Assembly (NCBI GenBank): GCA_964016885.1
Contig: OZ024748.1
Span: 9,114,001-9,178,000 of the forward strand
Direction of reading: 5' to 3'
DNA length: 64,000 nucleotides
DNA from: Eledone cirrhosa
Taxonomy: Eukaryota
The notes beneath the pieces are model-generated. The model made no database searches and had not been told where the DNA came from. It worked only from the letters and a program-made list of their open reading frames with translations. This document shows positions 33,139-45,794 of this stretch, piece after piece (position 1 is the stretch's first letter; every line of letters starts with the position of its first letter). The position numbers were made by a program, and so were the translations under genes.

Positions 33139-33689
33139 TCTTTCTAGTCATCGTATGACTCCATTATTGACCCTGATATTACTTCATCAAATGTTTTATA
33201 TGAGGAAACATTTAATCAGAATACTGAAACTTCTCCTCCTAATGTTCCGAGCTGCTACAAATAACGATCTAATGTTCCAAACGATGTATTGAGAATTGTA
33301 TGCAAATCTGTGCAACTTTCAACACAATTTCATCTTTGATTGTACAGAATATTTAAACCCTAGTCTCAGAAATATGTTGAACTGTAACTTCAACATGTAA
33401 AGCCCCAACTTTCAGAAACCCTTTCAACCGTAACTTGAATGGGTCACTTAACAGCAAGATACTTCCGCTGCCATCGAATAAAATTAATTCCACGATTGAC
33501 CAATCGATAATAATCGATATACTGGCTTGATCAGATATGTTGTAGACAATATCCAAGTAAAAATTGAATTAATACCCCCACGTTTTCCACTCCTCTGTAA
33601 CACATTATTTTAAGCAAAAATATCTGAAAGTTTGTTAAACACCCACGAACATACATCTATACACATGCGTATACACACATATGTGCATG

Positions 33690-33721
<32 letters not shown>

Positions 33722-34343
33722 TGTATGTATGTATGTATGTATGTATGTATGTATGTATGTATGGCAATGTGTGTGTATGTATATATGTGTATGTATATAT
33801 GTGCATGTATATGAATGTATATATGTATGTATATATGTGTGTATACGTGTATATATGTATGTATGTATATGCGTGTTAGCGAGTAAGTATATATGTATAT
33901 ATGTATAATAGTATGTTTGTGTGCGGGTGTATATATGTACACATGCATGTACGTGTGAGTATGTGTATATATGTGTGTGTGTGTGTGTGTTGGTGTGTGT
34001 GTGGGTGTGTATGGGTGTGTGTGTGTGCGTGTGTGTTGCTATTTTCCCCGCCGGTAGTCTTCACTACTATATAAAATGTCCTCTGTGAAGCCTTTTAACA
34101 CATTTGTGGTTATTTTTAAAGTTTCCTAAAAATTAAAACACGGGCACATACACACATACACACACATACACACATACACACACATACACACTTACAAAGA
34201 CTTACACACAATCACATATACACAACACCTACACGGACATATATACACACACGCACACACTATGTGAGCATACATATATATACGCACACACACAAACAGA
34301 TGCGCACACTATATGTGCATATATACATACATATATACATACA

Positions 34344-34431
<88 letters not shown>

Positions 34432-34437
34432 CATACA

Positions 34438-34489
<52 letters not shown>

Positions 34490-34599
34490 CATACAAATAT
34501 ATATATACATACATATTTATATATATATATTTATATATACACACACACACATACAGATATAGGTGTTGATATATATATCCATGTGTGAATGTGTATATA

Positions 34600-35480
34600 G
34601 TTTTTAAATCAAGGAAAACCAGGAAAACATAGAACTGAAAGCTTAAGTCAATGCCAAAAAAAAGTCTGATACGGATTAAGTAAATATCAAACAATAAAGA
34701 TTATGTTTTGATAAAAACTGTACTTCATATGGATATTTTCAAAGTATATTATCTATAAATATATGTGAAGAAAAAATGGAATAAGCTTTCGTCATGCAAT
34801 CCTTGTAACACGATTTAATTTAGAATGTCACTCATATGGATGAATAGGACTTTTCCTTGCTTTGAAGAAAGCAATTTTTTTCATAGTTGTGAAACAGCAG
34901 TCCTTTTGTATATAAATAATCTACAATAGATTAGCATTTTATCCACAGATGTAAATGTATACCCATTTGGCTTAACTTAAAGCATATGTATAGCAGGCAA
35001 TATAGTAGGAAAAAGGTTTTGTCATTGATAAAAAGCATTTCTATACTAGACATAAATGTCATAAGACCTTCAACAAGAATAATGTAAAAGTTAGCTGCGG
35101 CTGTTTGGAAAGCCTCACAAACGAAGAATCCTACTATAAGACACTCAAAACATTTCAACTCATTCATCAGCAACGTCGCATCTTCTCCTTTTATAAATGA
35201 CTCAAAGATGTTTGTGTACAAAATTAGTATCAACATATGATACTGAAAAGAATGATATGGGTTGCACAGAAACCCCATTTAAAAGCAGGTATAAACAGTA
35301 TATTCACGTTTTCAGATCCAGTCATAAAATATACTTCTCTATCTCAATAGATCTGGAAACTAAAATACAGTAGAATATGGAACACTGTTTCAATTGCAAC
35401 ACCATATCCCAACAGATGAAAGTATTGTAACGTATATATAACCAGGAAATGCAACTCTTCAAGCAGAAATATACCGGAGA
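34600..35480 (+). pseudogene. Penelope-like retroelement RT C-terminus plus GIY-YIG endonuclease remnant
   Basis: Frameshifted peptides in order: [50 protein letters not shown] (cf. KHFPxxHKLHKIFNRNNVKVSYSC), VYK, MGCTETPFKSRY (cf. YIGxTExxFKxRY), TSLSQ*IWKLK..W..IATPY..KYCNV. Confidence 0.85.
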
Positions 35481-35546
35481 TAGAAATAGAGATAGATAGA
35501 AGTGACAATTTGAACGGAGCATATATATATATCTTCTTTTCAATGT

Positions 35547-35582
35547 CTGATAATACCTTATAAGCGCCACTCGAGTAAGGTA
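35547..35582 (+). ncRNA. Truncated hammerhead (core and stem II) downstream of the PLE endonuclease
   Basis: CTGATAA-TACCTTA..TAAGGTA (7-bp stem); GAAA and stem III are missing where another repeat begins. Confidence 0.45.
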
Positions 35583-35595
35583 ATTATTTAATCCA

Positions 35596-35740
35596 TAAAT
35601 GGGGCCCTAACTGGTACTACTACTCTGAGCCAGAGCAGACATGGGAGTGATATCAACTAAGGGGGGTAACTCCACATTCCCCAGATCTCCTGAACTGGAG
35701 CCTTCCACTGACTGCAGTTTAATGTTATACCCTAGACAAT
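35596..35740 (+). mobile_element. Short interspersed repeat
   Basis: GGTACTACTACTCTGAGCCAGAG..ACTCCACATTCCCCAGATCTCC..ACTGGAGCC; recalled as a common octopus repeat, unverified. Confidence 0.5.
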
Positions 35741-35759
35741 ATATATGCATGTACATATA

Positions 35760-35858
<99 letters not shown>

Positions 35859-35881
35859 GTGTATCTATCTATCTATATATT

Positions 35882-35921
<40 letters not shown>

Positions 35922-35922
35922 A

Positions 35923-36595
35923 GGAGAATAGAAATGGCTGTGTAGTTGCTATTTAAGGTAACTTAAAATGCAATGGAAATACGAAGAAAGCAAGAACGGG
36001 GGGGGGGAGTTTTCCTCATCAGTTGTCTACTGGGGGTCTCGGATATTTCTACACTTTAAAGTCAATATACCTCGCCCCGGGGCGTCAATAACTGGATAAG
36101 TTATTGGGAAAACGGAGGATGGAGGGAAGGAAAGCAAAGGGGAAGAAAAGAGAAAACAGTAACAAAACAGCGAAAAGAAACAACAAACCAAGCAATGTGC
36201 GAGCAACTTAAGGTAGAAAGTCCAAGACCACTCGATAAGAGAACTTAAGTTCGAGACTGAGTGGTCGAGAGGAAAGAGACACACGTCCGATCGCCGCAGT
36301 TGTAAGTGAGAAGAGAACTGCTAAACGGTCAGACGAGGGGGTGAAAATGAGAGGGAGAAAGGAAGAGGAAGAAAGTGGTGTAAGAGTAGATAGGGCGAAA
36401 AGGGGGTGAAGAAAGAGGAGTGAGAGTAGAAAGTAGCGAAATAGGTAAGTAGAAGGGGAGAGAAGAATGGTCACAGCGAAAAACATGATGAAATAAATGG
36501 AGAATAGAAATGGCTGTGTAGTTGCTATTTAAGGTAACTTAAAATGCGGTGGGAATACGAAGAAAGCAAGAACGGGAGAGGGGAGTTTTCCTCAT

Positions 36596-36597
<2 letters not shown>
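35923..36597 (-). mobile_element. Non-coding 576-bp-period partial-tandem element (retrozyme/PLE-like) in (TA)n
   Basis: 99-bp direct repeats at 35923-36021 and 36499-36597; (TA)n on both sides; structured CTGATGA motif at 36009-36113. Confidence 0.8.
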
Positions 36598-36678
<81 letters not shown>

Positions 36679-36709
36679 TAATATATATATATATGTAAGT
36701 ATATTTATA

Positions 36710-36771
<62 letters not shown>

Positions 36772-36801
36772 TACTTACATATATATATATATATATATAT
36801 T

Positions 36802-36920
36802 TATTAAAATAACAGATTAAAGTTTAAGCAAAGAATCGCTGCTTTCACCCTTAACAGGATCTTCTGAAGATCCCGTTGAGGGTGAAAGCAGCGATTCTTT
36901 GCTTAAACTTTAATCTGTTA

Positions 36921-36993
<73 letters not shown>

Positions 36994-37090
36994 TATATGT
37001 TATTTTAATAAATATTTGCTCTACGGTTCTTATATATTCGATATATATTTATCCTTATCGAGCCCTCTTTGGATTTTAGTCTTCAAAAAT
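36802..37090 (+). mobile_element. Family F palindromic hammerhead element
   Basis: Palindrome 36802-36928 centred on T36865 inside CTGAAGA(36864-70); stem II CCC/GGG, GAAA 36884-87, stem III GCA/TGC; after a (TA)n run, bulged hairpin GCTC(37018)..TC-GAGC(37060). Confidence 0.85.
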
Positions 37091-37101
37091 ATTATTATTA
37101 C

Positions 37102-37183
<82 letters not shown>

Positions 37184-37199
37184 GTGTGTGTGTATTTAT

Positions 37200-37232
<33 letters not shown>

Positions 37233-37605
37233 GGGGAGGGAGTATGTGTGTGTAAGTCTGGCAGTAACATATATATGTTTACAGTATTTAACGCATTAAG
37301 GCGATTCTTCCTTCGCAACTTGTGGATATTTCTTAGAAGTGATTGAACTAGAGAGAAGCAACAGTATGAGGTGGTTGTACTTTAGAGAGATTTAATCCAA
37401 ATTTTAATCCTCTGCAGGTATGTTTCACAGCACTCTGTCGTGTGTATATAGAATATGGCTGCACACGGTGATGATGTGTTTCAGCATGTATAGGTATGTC
37501 AGTATTTATGTACACACACACATACATATATAGATGTGTATACACACACACACATATACATATATATATATGTAAATATGTAAATATATATATATATAGA
37601 TAGAT

Positions 37606-37904
37606 AATTTTCTTTTTATTTGCCACCAGGGCATCAAAAAGTGGGACAAGTACAAAGGGGGGAGTTTACATAACAAGGCGTCCTCAATAAGGAGGAGGCA
37701 ATAACAAAATATAAAAATACAATAAAATATAACAAAATAAAATTTATAACAAAATCCTCAATAGAGAGGAGGCGCCTTGGGAGGTCGCACACACCCCCGA
37801 AAAAAAGTGTGCAACCCTTCTCCTCAGGAGCACAGAGAGGGGGTGCTCCCTTGGTCTTTCATCTTCCTCACCTATAGTCTGATGTAGAGTGAAGGCCCAT
37901 TTAC
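37606..37904 (-). mobile_element. 5'-truncated Tx1/L1-clade LINE (last codons and 3'UTR)
   Basis: Nearly identical to 41158-41452 ([10 protein letters not shown] plus UTR); lies in (GATA)n/(TA)n. Confidence 0.92.
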
Positions 37905-37910
37905 ATATAT

Positions 37911-37953
<43 letters not shown>

Positions 37954-37968
37954 TAGATATGTTTATGC

Positions 37969-38014
<46 letters not shown>

Positions 38015-38015
38015 G

Positions 38016-38096
<81 letters not shown>

Positions 38097-38154
38097 TATA
38101 TATACACACATATATATATATATTAATGATAATAATAATATTGATAATAGTAAT

Positions 38155-38390
38155 AATAAGGAGCACCAACGAATTATCAATATAGTATCATTATGTTTAT
38201 TCACATGTGACGTGCGTTTCGTGATCGATCAGCTCAAGGTATGATCAGTATTTTCCGCCCCCAACTCTGGAATCTACAAGTACTTATCGTTTCCAATATT
38301 GACGAGATCAATACCTCTCTACAATATACCAGTGTCTTCTACCGAGAGAAGGTTCATATCTCATCAGCTACTTGTGAACTTCTACATCAG
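38155..38390 (-). ncRNA. Two degenerate hammerhead-like motifs in tandem
   Basis: Minus strand: ACAAGTAg-CTGATGA-long stem II (GAGAT/ATCTC, ACCTTCTCT/AGAGAGGT)-GAAAC..gTACTTGT; then CTGATCA..GAAAC-GCAC-GTC. Confidence 0.55.
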
Positions 38391-39328
38391 CAAACACCCT
38401 TCCTATTGGTCCTTGAGGTTCGGAGAAGAAAAGATAATTATTCTCCTACAGTTCTGATACTTTCTGAGAAAGCTCCGTATATTTACGGAGCGAATAGTAA
38501 AACACTGAAATTTCAAATGTTTTACTATCTAACTTTTTCTGCCTCGAAGTTTTATATCTCTGATTTATTCTTAACTATTTTCTAGTGATTTATGTGTTGT
38601 GATATTTTGATAATAAAACATAGTTTGAAATTTCTTACTCTGCGCTCCGTAGACATTACAACAGTATGTTGCTAGATTTCTATTATTTGTATTACTAGTT
38701 CAATGGCCAATGTTTTTAGTAAAACCTTTTAAAGTAACCTTACCCTATATTTGATATAAATCCATTACTTTAAACTTTACGACTGCTTACTTTCTGTCGT
38801 AGTTATTCTAATAAATATTCTAAATATAAGTCACTTTGACATTTTTACTCCCGAGTTCCTACCTAAACCTAAACGAGAGCTAGCTAAACTAAAACTGCAG
38901 TGCTTATGTCACTCAAAGCTTGGCATTATGTCCAAGCACTCCTTCGTATAATCCACTTTGACAAACAGTTGCAATGTCATGGCACCAGCAGCCATTTTTA
39001 TATATCTGCCTTGCCTTAAAGTGTATTTCATTGATTTAAGGAACTCTCCGTTGCCAGTGCACAATTACTGATTACTCAACTGTCGGAATACAACAAGGAA
39101 ATTACTACCATCCTACCAAAATGGCGAGCTTACTTAGTCCTATCTTTCCTCTCCAAAACGCATTTCTTTCTTAGATAAAATAAACTTTCTTTGGCAGTCA
39201 GTTGGTTCGTCTTTCCAGCCACAACATAGAATATATGTCTCGCTATTGATCTTGTCAGACATTCCATTATTTTTGGTTGTTGTAAGGTCAACTGAATTGA
39301 AGTGTTGTTGTTGGATACGAGGTAGATA

Positions 39329-39381
<53 letters not shown>

Positions 39382-39694
39382 CCCTACATAACACACTAAC
39401 ATACCACACACACACATCTCAAAGACACACTTACACATACATACAGAGAACACACATATCACTGACATACATACCCGACACAACACAGTCACACATACCC
39501 TACACACACACACCCATACACACACACACACACACACAACACACACCCCACACACACACCACACCACACACATTCGAAGCTAACAGACATATCTTGTTAT
39601 TCTATCTTACAATGTTATATTTTCACCATGTTAGTGTGACATCCTAGACATTTTATTACGTCTGATGTGAATAGTAGTTCTTTAACTTCTCATT

Positions 39695-40492
39695 ATATCT
39701 CCCTATCTACCTCTCTATCTACCTCTCTACCTCCCTATATACCTCTCTATCTACCTCTCTATCTACCTCTCTATCTACCTGTCTCCCTATCTACCTCTCT
39801 ATCTACCTGTCTCCCTATCTACCTCTCTATCTACCTCTATACCTCCCTATATACCTCTCTATCTACCTCTCCATCTACCTGTCTCCCTATCTACCTCTCT
39901 ATCTACCTGTCTCCCTATCTACCTGTCTATCTACCTCTCTATCTAACTGTCTGTCTGTCTACCTCTCTATCTACCTGTCTCCCTATCTACCTCTCTATCT
40001 ACCTGTCTATCTACCTCTCTATCTACCTGTCTCCCTATCTACCTCTCTATCTACCTGTATCCCTATCTACCTCCCTATCTACCTCTCTATCTACCTCTCT
40101 ACCTCCCTGTCTCCCTATCTACCTCCCTATATACCTCTCTATCTACCTCTCTATCTACCTGTCTCCCTATCTACCTCTCTATCTACCTGTCTCCCTATCT
40201 ACCTCTCTATCTACCTGTCTCTCTATCTACCTCTCTACCTCCCTATATACCTCTCTATCTACCTCTCTATCTACCTGTCTCCCTATCTACCTCTCTATCT
40301 ACCTCTCTATCTACCTCTCTACCTCCCTATATACCTCTCTATCTACCTCTCTATCTACCTGTCTCCCTATCTACCTCTCTATCTACCTGTCTATCTACCT
40401 CTCTATCTAACTGTCTGTCTGTCTACCTCTCTATCTACCTGTCTGTCTGTCTACCTCTCTATCTACCTGTCTCCCTGTCTATCTATCTATCT
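39695..40492. repeat. CT-rich 12/16-bp minisatellite (CTACCTCTCTAT, CTACCTGTCTCCCTAT)
   Basis: Seen directly. Confidence 0.92.
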
Positions 40493-40493
40493 A

Positions 40494-41452
40494 GGCGCTC
40501 ACGGCTCTCTGGCAGGCGGACCCGGCTGTCAGTGGAGAATCCACCGCGTCATTCTATAGAGGGCTGGTGGTTAGCAGGTGCGACGACGCCCTCGGAGAAG
40601 CCCTAGGCATGGAGGAAGACGAACTGGACAACCTGTTCGGTAGGACATTCAGCCCGGGATCCATGGATAACTTCCAGAGGTCCCTGGCCTGGCAGTGCTA
40701 CAGAAGGGCTCTGTCCGTTCGAGAAAGGCTCTACAGACACGGGCGTCCGGGTAGCGACCCTTCGAAAAAGATCTGTCCCAGATGCGTGTGCGACGAGGAA
40801 ACCGTTGCACACGCTTTGGTACACTACTCGGGCATTGCCGATCTGTGGGGCTATGTCGAACAACTGCTGTCAAGGGTGGGACCGATCCGGTTGACCACTG
40901 AGTCTATTGTAACGATCAAGCCACCTCCCCTCTTCAAAAACGAAGGAGAGGCGGTGTTTCTGTGCGTAATAGCCATGGCGAAAGAGGTTGTATGGTGGAC
41001 GCGTCTGAAAGGACTGAGGTCAGACACCTTTCTCTCTGGCCAACAACTGGTCCGTTTCTTCCGATATCATTTCGGAAGAAGGATCAGGATGGAGAGAGAG
41101 GTGCTGCACCCCAGTCGTTTTTATGAAAGATGGGTGAAAGTGGCGAGAATGGCCCGTGTGAATGGGCCTTCACTCTACATCAGACTATAGGTGAGGAAGA
41201 TAAAAGATCAAGGGAGCACCCCCTCTCTGTGCTCCTGAGGAGAAGGGTTGCACAATTTTTTCGGGGGTGTGTGCGACCCCCCAAGGCGCCTCCTCCCTAT
41301 TGAGGATTTTGTTATAAAATTTATTTTATGTTGTATTTTATTTTTATATCTTGTTATTGCCTCCTCCTTATTGAGGACGCCTTGTTATGTAAACTCCCCC
41401 CATTGTACTTGTCCCACTTTTTGATGCCCTGGTGGCAAATAAAAAGAAAATT
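40494..41452 (+). mobile_element. 5'-truncated Tx1/L1-clade LINE: ORF2 C-terminal zinc-knuckle region (ORF to 41190) and 3'UTR
   Basis: LAWQCYRRALSVRERL..CPRC..DEETVAHAL..LW..VWWTR (zf-RVT-like, final Cys mutated to Tyr); AATAAA then TATCTACC; preceded by (TATC)n. Confidence 0.88.
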
Positions 41453-41574
41453 ATCTACCTACCTATATATTTCTCCAAAATAAGGTACAATCAATTTCAA
41501 GATAATTATGTATTTCAACATTTCTTAACTGTAATCCGGGAGAGCAGCTCATGTGACCTTTTGATAGTTGAAGG

Positions 41575-41725
41575 CCTCCTATCCTGATGAAAGACAGTGC
41601 GACAGTTATCCACGAACTGAAACTGTATGCTTACAATAGAAGGTACATAAGTGTCAGGTGGTGGAGTTAAACTGAGTGACGGATTAAGTCTACCTACCAC
41701 TCAAGACCTCAGAATTCAGAGTCGG
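41575..41725 (+). ncRNA. Type I hammerhead ribozyme (slightly degenerate) with weak downstream bulged hairpin
   Basis: CCTaTC-CTGATGA(41584-90)..AGTT/AACT-GAAA(41619-22)-cTGTA tgct TACAa-TA/GAAGG; ACTC(41699)..CA-GAGT(41719). Confidence 0.65.
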
Positions 41726-41889
41726 ATCAACTACCTCAAGGCATCTCAACTTCCACGTTGACTGCTAGCTGATTGTATCTACCCCAGAAAAGATGAAATA
41801 TAAAGTTCATCTGGGGCGGGATTTTCCACCCACAGCGAGATGAGACACAACACACGCCACGAAAAATGATTCAATTATTTCAATCAACG

Positions 41890-41980
41890 TAACAACCTGC
41901 TCATTAGATTAACGCACAAGTGACTGAGCATCCCAAAGGCACGTGTACTTTTAACATAGTTCTCAGGGAGATTAAGTGCG
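41890..41980. mobile_element. Interspersed repeat fragment
   Basis: Similar to 24416-24520. Confidence 0.6.
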
Positions 41981-42955
41981 GTTTTGTTGTTATAATTATA
42001 GGTACATCTTAGTTAAAAGAGGAAGGATATATTAGATAATGTGGTCCTAGCTATAATCTAAAACCAATAAATTTAGGATGGTCACAGCTGAAATGTCTTT
42101 GATCCTGACCTGGAACTAAACAACTACAAACAATGAGTTTGTATTTTATGACAATGGATTCATTGTTGAAAGATATATATCGAGTGGGACTAAATAGGGA
42201 GTTTACTAATATATCTAATGTCAGTTATATAGGTAGCCAGCTACCTATAGTATTTTGTGGCTTTCATTTCAGCACCTTCTTTATGTCAATATGTTCAATT
42301 AGTCGTTTAATGTCTCTCTCTTTATAACATGTATATCTCTTCGGTTTCTCTCTTTATAACATGTATACATATGTTTCTCTCTCTTAATATAAGTTCGGTT
42401 AATTATTTGACTGCATTTTGTTTTGAATAATGCATGAAGAAGCTGTAGCTGGGAAGAATATTTTTATCACTAATTCCAAAGGTTGTCAGGTTTTTGTTGT
42501 GTTTAACTGGTTATTTAATTCATTATGAAACGTCCGTGTCTTTCAATTGAAAAAAATACAGACTGTAGCAATGTGAGTGCGCTTAGATGCAATCAAACTA
42601 GAAGAGAAGATAAGAACTAGATGGTAATCTATTAAAATTCCATACTTTTTGAATCCCGTAATTGATAAAAAGTAATTTCACGGGGAATATTGTAATTAAT
42701 TAAGACATTTTATTTATCTTAGTTCCATCTGAAAACGGTAAATTTATTAAAGAAAATTCGGATAAAGTAAAAGATATGAAATATCGATTAAGTCCAAGAC
42801 ACAATTCCATATAACTATAGTGTAATTGGTTAACATAACAATAATATATCTGTGTAGTAAATATTAATTTATACCAATATATAAAGTATAGTTTGTACTG
42901 TGATATAAACATTACTGTGAAGTTGTATAGACACTAGTTTATACCAATACACAGT

Positions 42956-43065
42956 TGATAGTGTCTTGTCTAGCAATGATAATGTAGATACACACCTTTG
43001 ATAGTGTCTTGTCTAGCAATGATAATGTAGATATACACCTTTGATAGTGTTTTGTCTAGCAATGA
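42956..43065. repeat. 43-bp tandem repeat, 2.5 copies
   Basis: TTGATAGTGTCTTGTCTAGCAATGATAATGTAGATACACACCT. Confidence 0.92.
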
Positions 43066-43125
43066 GTCGATTTAATAGGCTTTCCTTCAATTGCTGGCCT
43101 TGTGCCTAAATCAGAAACCATTATT
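43066..43125 (+). mobile_element. SINE 3' end with (ATT)n tail
   Basis: AATTGCTGGCCTTGTGCCTAAATCAGAAACCATTATT. Confidence 0.7.
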
Positions 43126-43136
43126 ATTATTATTAT

Positions 43137-43739
43137 GCTGACTTGTGGGTTTATGTCGAACACCTGCTGTCGCGTGTAGGACGGATCCGGCTATCAGCTG
43201 AGTCCATCGTGAGGATTGCCCCGCCCTCTTCCTTTAGCCGGGAAGGGCAGGCAGTTTTTATCTGTCTGGTGGCCATGGCGAAAGAGATAGTATGGTGGAC
43301 ACGTTTGAAAGGGCTGAAGACGAGCACTTACCTCTTCGGTGATGCCCTGATTGACTTTTTCAAATTTCATTTGAAAAGGAAAATCAGAGTAGAGAGGGAA
43401 GTGCTCTCTTCCCAGCATTTTGTTGAAAGATGGGTGAGAGAAGCAAGAATGGCCCGAGTGAATGGGCCTACTCTGAGTATGTGTCTGTAAATTAAAGGTG
43501 GAAAACTGGGAGAGGGCACTTGCCTTGGTGGTTAGGGTCACTGTGGCTTTTTAATGGGCTTTCTCCACAAATGTCCCTCCGAAGTCTCCCCCCTATTGGG
43601 GAATTTTTCATTGTTATCTTTTGTTACATCCTCTGTTTTTTGTATTTTACACGCAGAAATGCCCATTTGTACCGTCCTGTATTGTCCTGCACTGTCCTTA
43701 ATGTCTACTTTATGTAAACCCTTGTGGTTAATAAAGAAA

Positions 43740-43742
<3 letters not shown>
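43137..43742 (+). mobile_element. 5'-truncated Tx1/L1-clade LINE, second family (ORF2 end to 43490 plus 3'UTR)
   Basis: Peptide LWVYVEHLLSRVGRIRL..AMAKEIVWWTRLKGL..ARMARVNGP is clearly homologous to 40567-41190 but has a different UTR; (ATT)n on both sides. Confidence 0.88.
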
Positions 43743-43794
<52 letters not shown>

Positions 43795-43954
43795 CGTGGC
43801 TAATAAAGAAATCATTATTATTATAATTATTATTGTTGTTATTATTATTCATTTTTTCATCTTTTTCTTAGAATCTTCGACACATTTTGCTGGAAGAAAT
43901 TTCAAATAAAAATGTTTAAAAAAAATAAGTTTGAACTAATTGCAACAATCATAA

Positions 43955-43978
43955 ACAACAACAATGACAACAACAACA

Positions 43979-44045
<67 letters not shown>

Positions 44046-45065
44046 TAAGTAAAGAGGACAGAACAGAAACATCAAAAACAACACCAACAACAACAACACC
44101 AGCAACACCAACACCAACAACACCAACAACAACAACACCAGCAGCACCAACAACACCAACAACAACAACACCAGCAGCACCAACAACACTAACAACACCA
44201 ACAACATCAACAACACCAACAACATCAACAACAACACCAACAACACTAACAACACCATCACCAACAACACCAACAACACCAACAACACCAACAACAACAC
44301 CAACAACACCAACAACACCAACAATACCAACAACACCAACACCAATACCAACACAAACAACACCAACAACAACACCAACAACACCAACAACAACACCAAC
44401 AACAACACCAACAACAACACCAACAACACCAACACCAACAACACCACCAACAACACCAACAACAACACCTACAACACCAACACCAACACCAATACCAACA
44501 CCAACAACACCACCAACAACACCAACAACAACACCAACAACACCAACACCAACAACAACAACACCAACAACATCAACAACACCAACAACACCAACAACAA
44601 CACCAACACCAACAACACCAACAACAACACCAACACCAACAACACCAACAACACCAACACCAACACCAACAACAACAACACCAACAACAACACCAACACC
44701 AACAACAACACCAACAACAACAACACCAACACCAACAACACCAACACCAACAACAACAACACCAACAACAACAACACCAACAACATCAACAACACCAACA
44801 ACACCAACAACAACACCAACACCAACAACACCAACAACAACACCAACACCAACACCAACAACAACAGCAACACCAACAACAACAACAACAACAACACCAT
44901 CACCAACACCAGACAACGGCAATGACAATAGCAATAACAACAACAAACGCTACAATAGTGCCATCATCATCACCATCATCATCACCATCATCACCACCAC
45001 CACCATCACCATCATCACCACCACCATCATCACAGCCATCATCATTAACAACAACAACAACAGCC
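43955..45065. repeat. (ACT)n, (AAC/ACC)n and (ATC)n trinucleotide field (Thr/Pro-rich ORF 43964-45136)
   Basis: Seen directly. Confidence 0.9.
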
Positions 45066-45256
45066 TAACAAGTAAAAAATATAAAACTATAACAAGAATT
45101 AGGAGATATAAAAACTACCAAAAAACTCCGGAATAGTGTCAGAAAATATTGATTAATAAATATGATAAATTAATTTACATTCTCTTTGAATAAGAATTTT
45201 ACGAGTCTAGAAACGGTTTTTTGTTGTATTTTTTCATGTCCTCTCTGTCTCTCTCA

Positions 45257-45322
<66 letters not shown>

Positions 45323-45449
45323 GCTCTCTCTCTCTTGTTGCTATTGTTGTCTCTCTCTCTCTCTATGTGTGTTGTTGTTGTTGTTGTTCTCTTCTCTGTG
45401 TGTGTATTTTGTTGTTTTTATTGGGTTTTTTTTCCATTTCTTCACTCTT

Positions 45450-45498
<49 letters not shown>

Positions 45499-45794
45499 AT
45501 GTGTGTGTGTATGTGTGTGTGTATGTGTGTGTTTGTGCGCGTATGTATGTGTGTATGTGTGTGTGTGTGTATGTGTGTGTGTATGTGTGTGTGTATGTGC
45601 GCGTATGTATGTGTGTATGCGTGTGTGTATGTGTGTGTGTGTGTGTATGTGGGTGGGTGTGTATGTGTAGCTGTGTGTGTGTATGTGTGTGTATATGTGT
45701 GTGTGTGTATGTGTGTGTATTTTACTTGGTTTTCTGGCATTTTTCTGCAGTTTATTCTTATTTTCCTTTCGTAATTACTTCATAATATTATGAA

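Noticed and set aside
33300-33600. NPSLRNML..SPNFQKP resembling a PLE RT N-terminal motif (LRxLLxKGPxFREP)
   Set aside because: A single short degenerate motif with a stop; insufficient without an HMM search.
36030-36115. HDV/CPEB3-like ribozyme on the plus strand
   Set aside because: The position of the catalytic C reads GGA in both homologues, and I could not build the nested double pseudoknot.
36675-36795. Inverted repeat ATGTAAGTATATTTA/TAAATATACTTACAT inside (TA)n
   Set aside because: Short and embedded in self-complementary TA; probably local strand-switch slippage or an assembly effect.
43964-45136. 390-aa Thr/Pro-rich mucin-like ORF
   Set aside because: Built almost only from ACA/CCA triplets and flanked by other trinucleotide runs, with no signal peptide or splice evidence; more simply a cryptic trinucleotide satellite.
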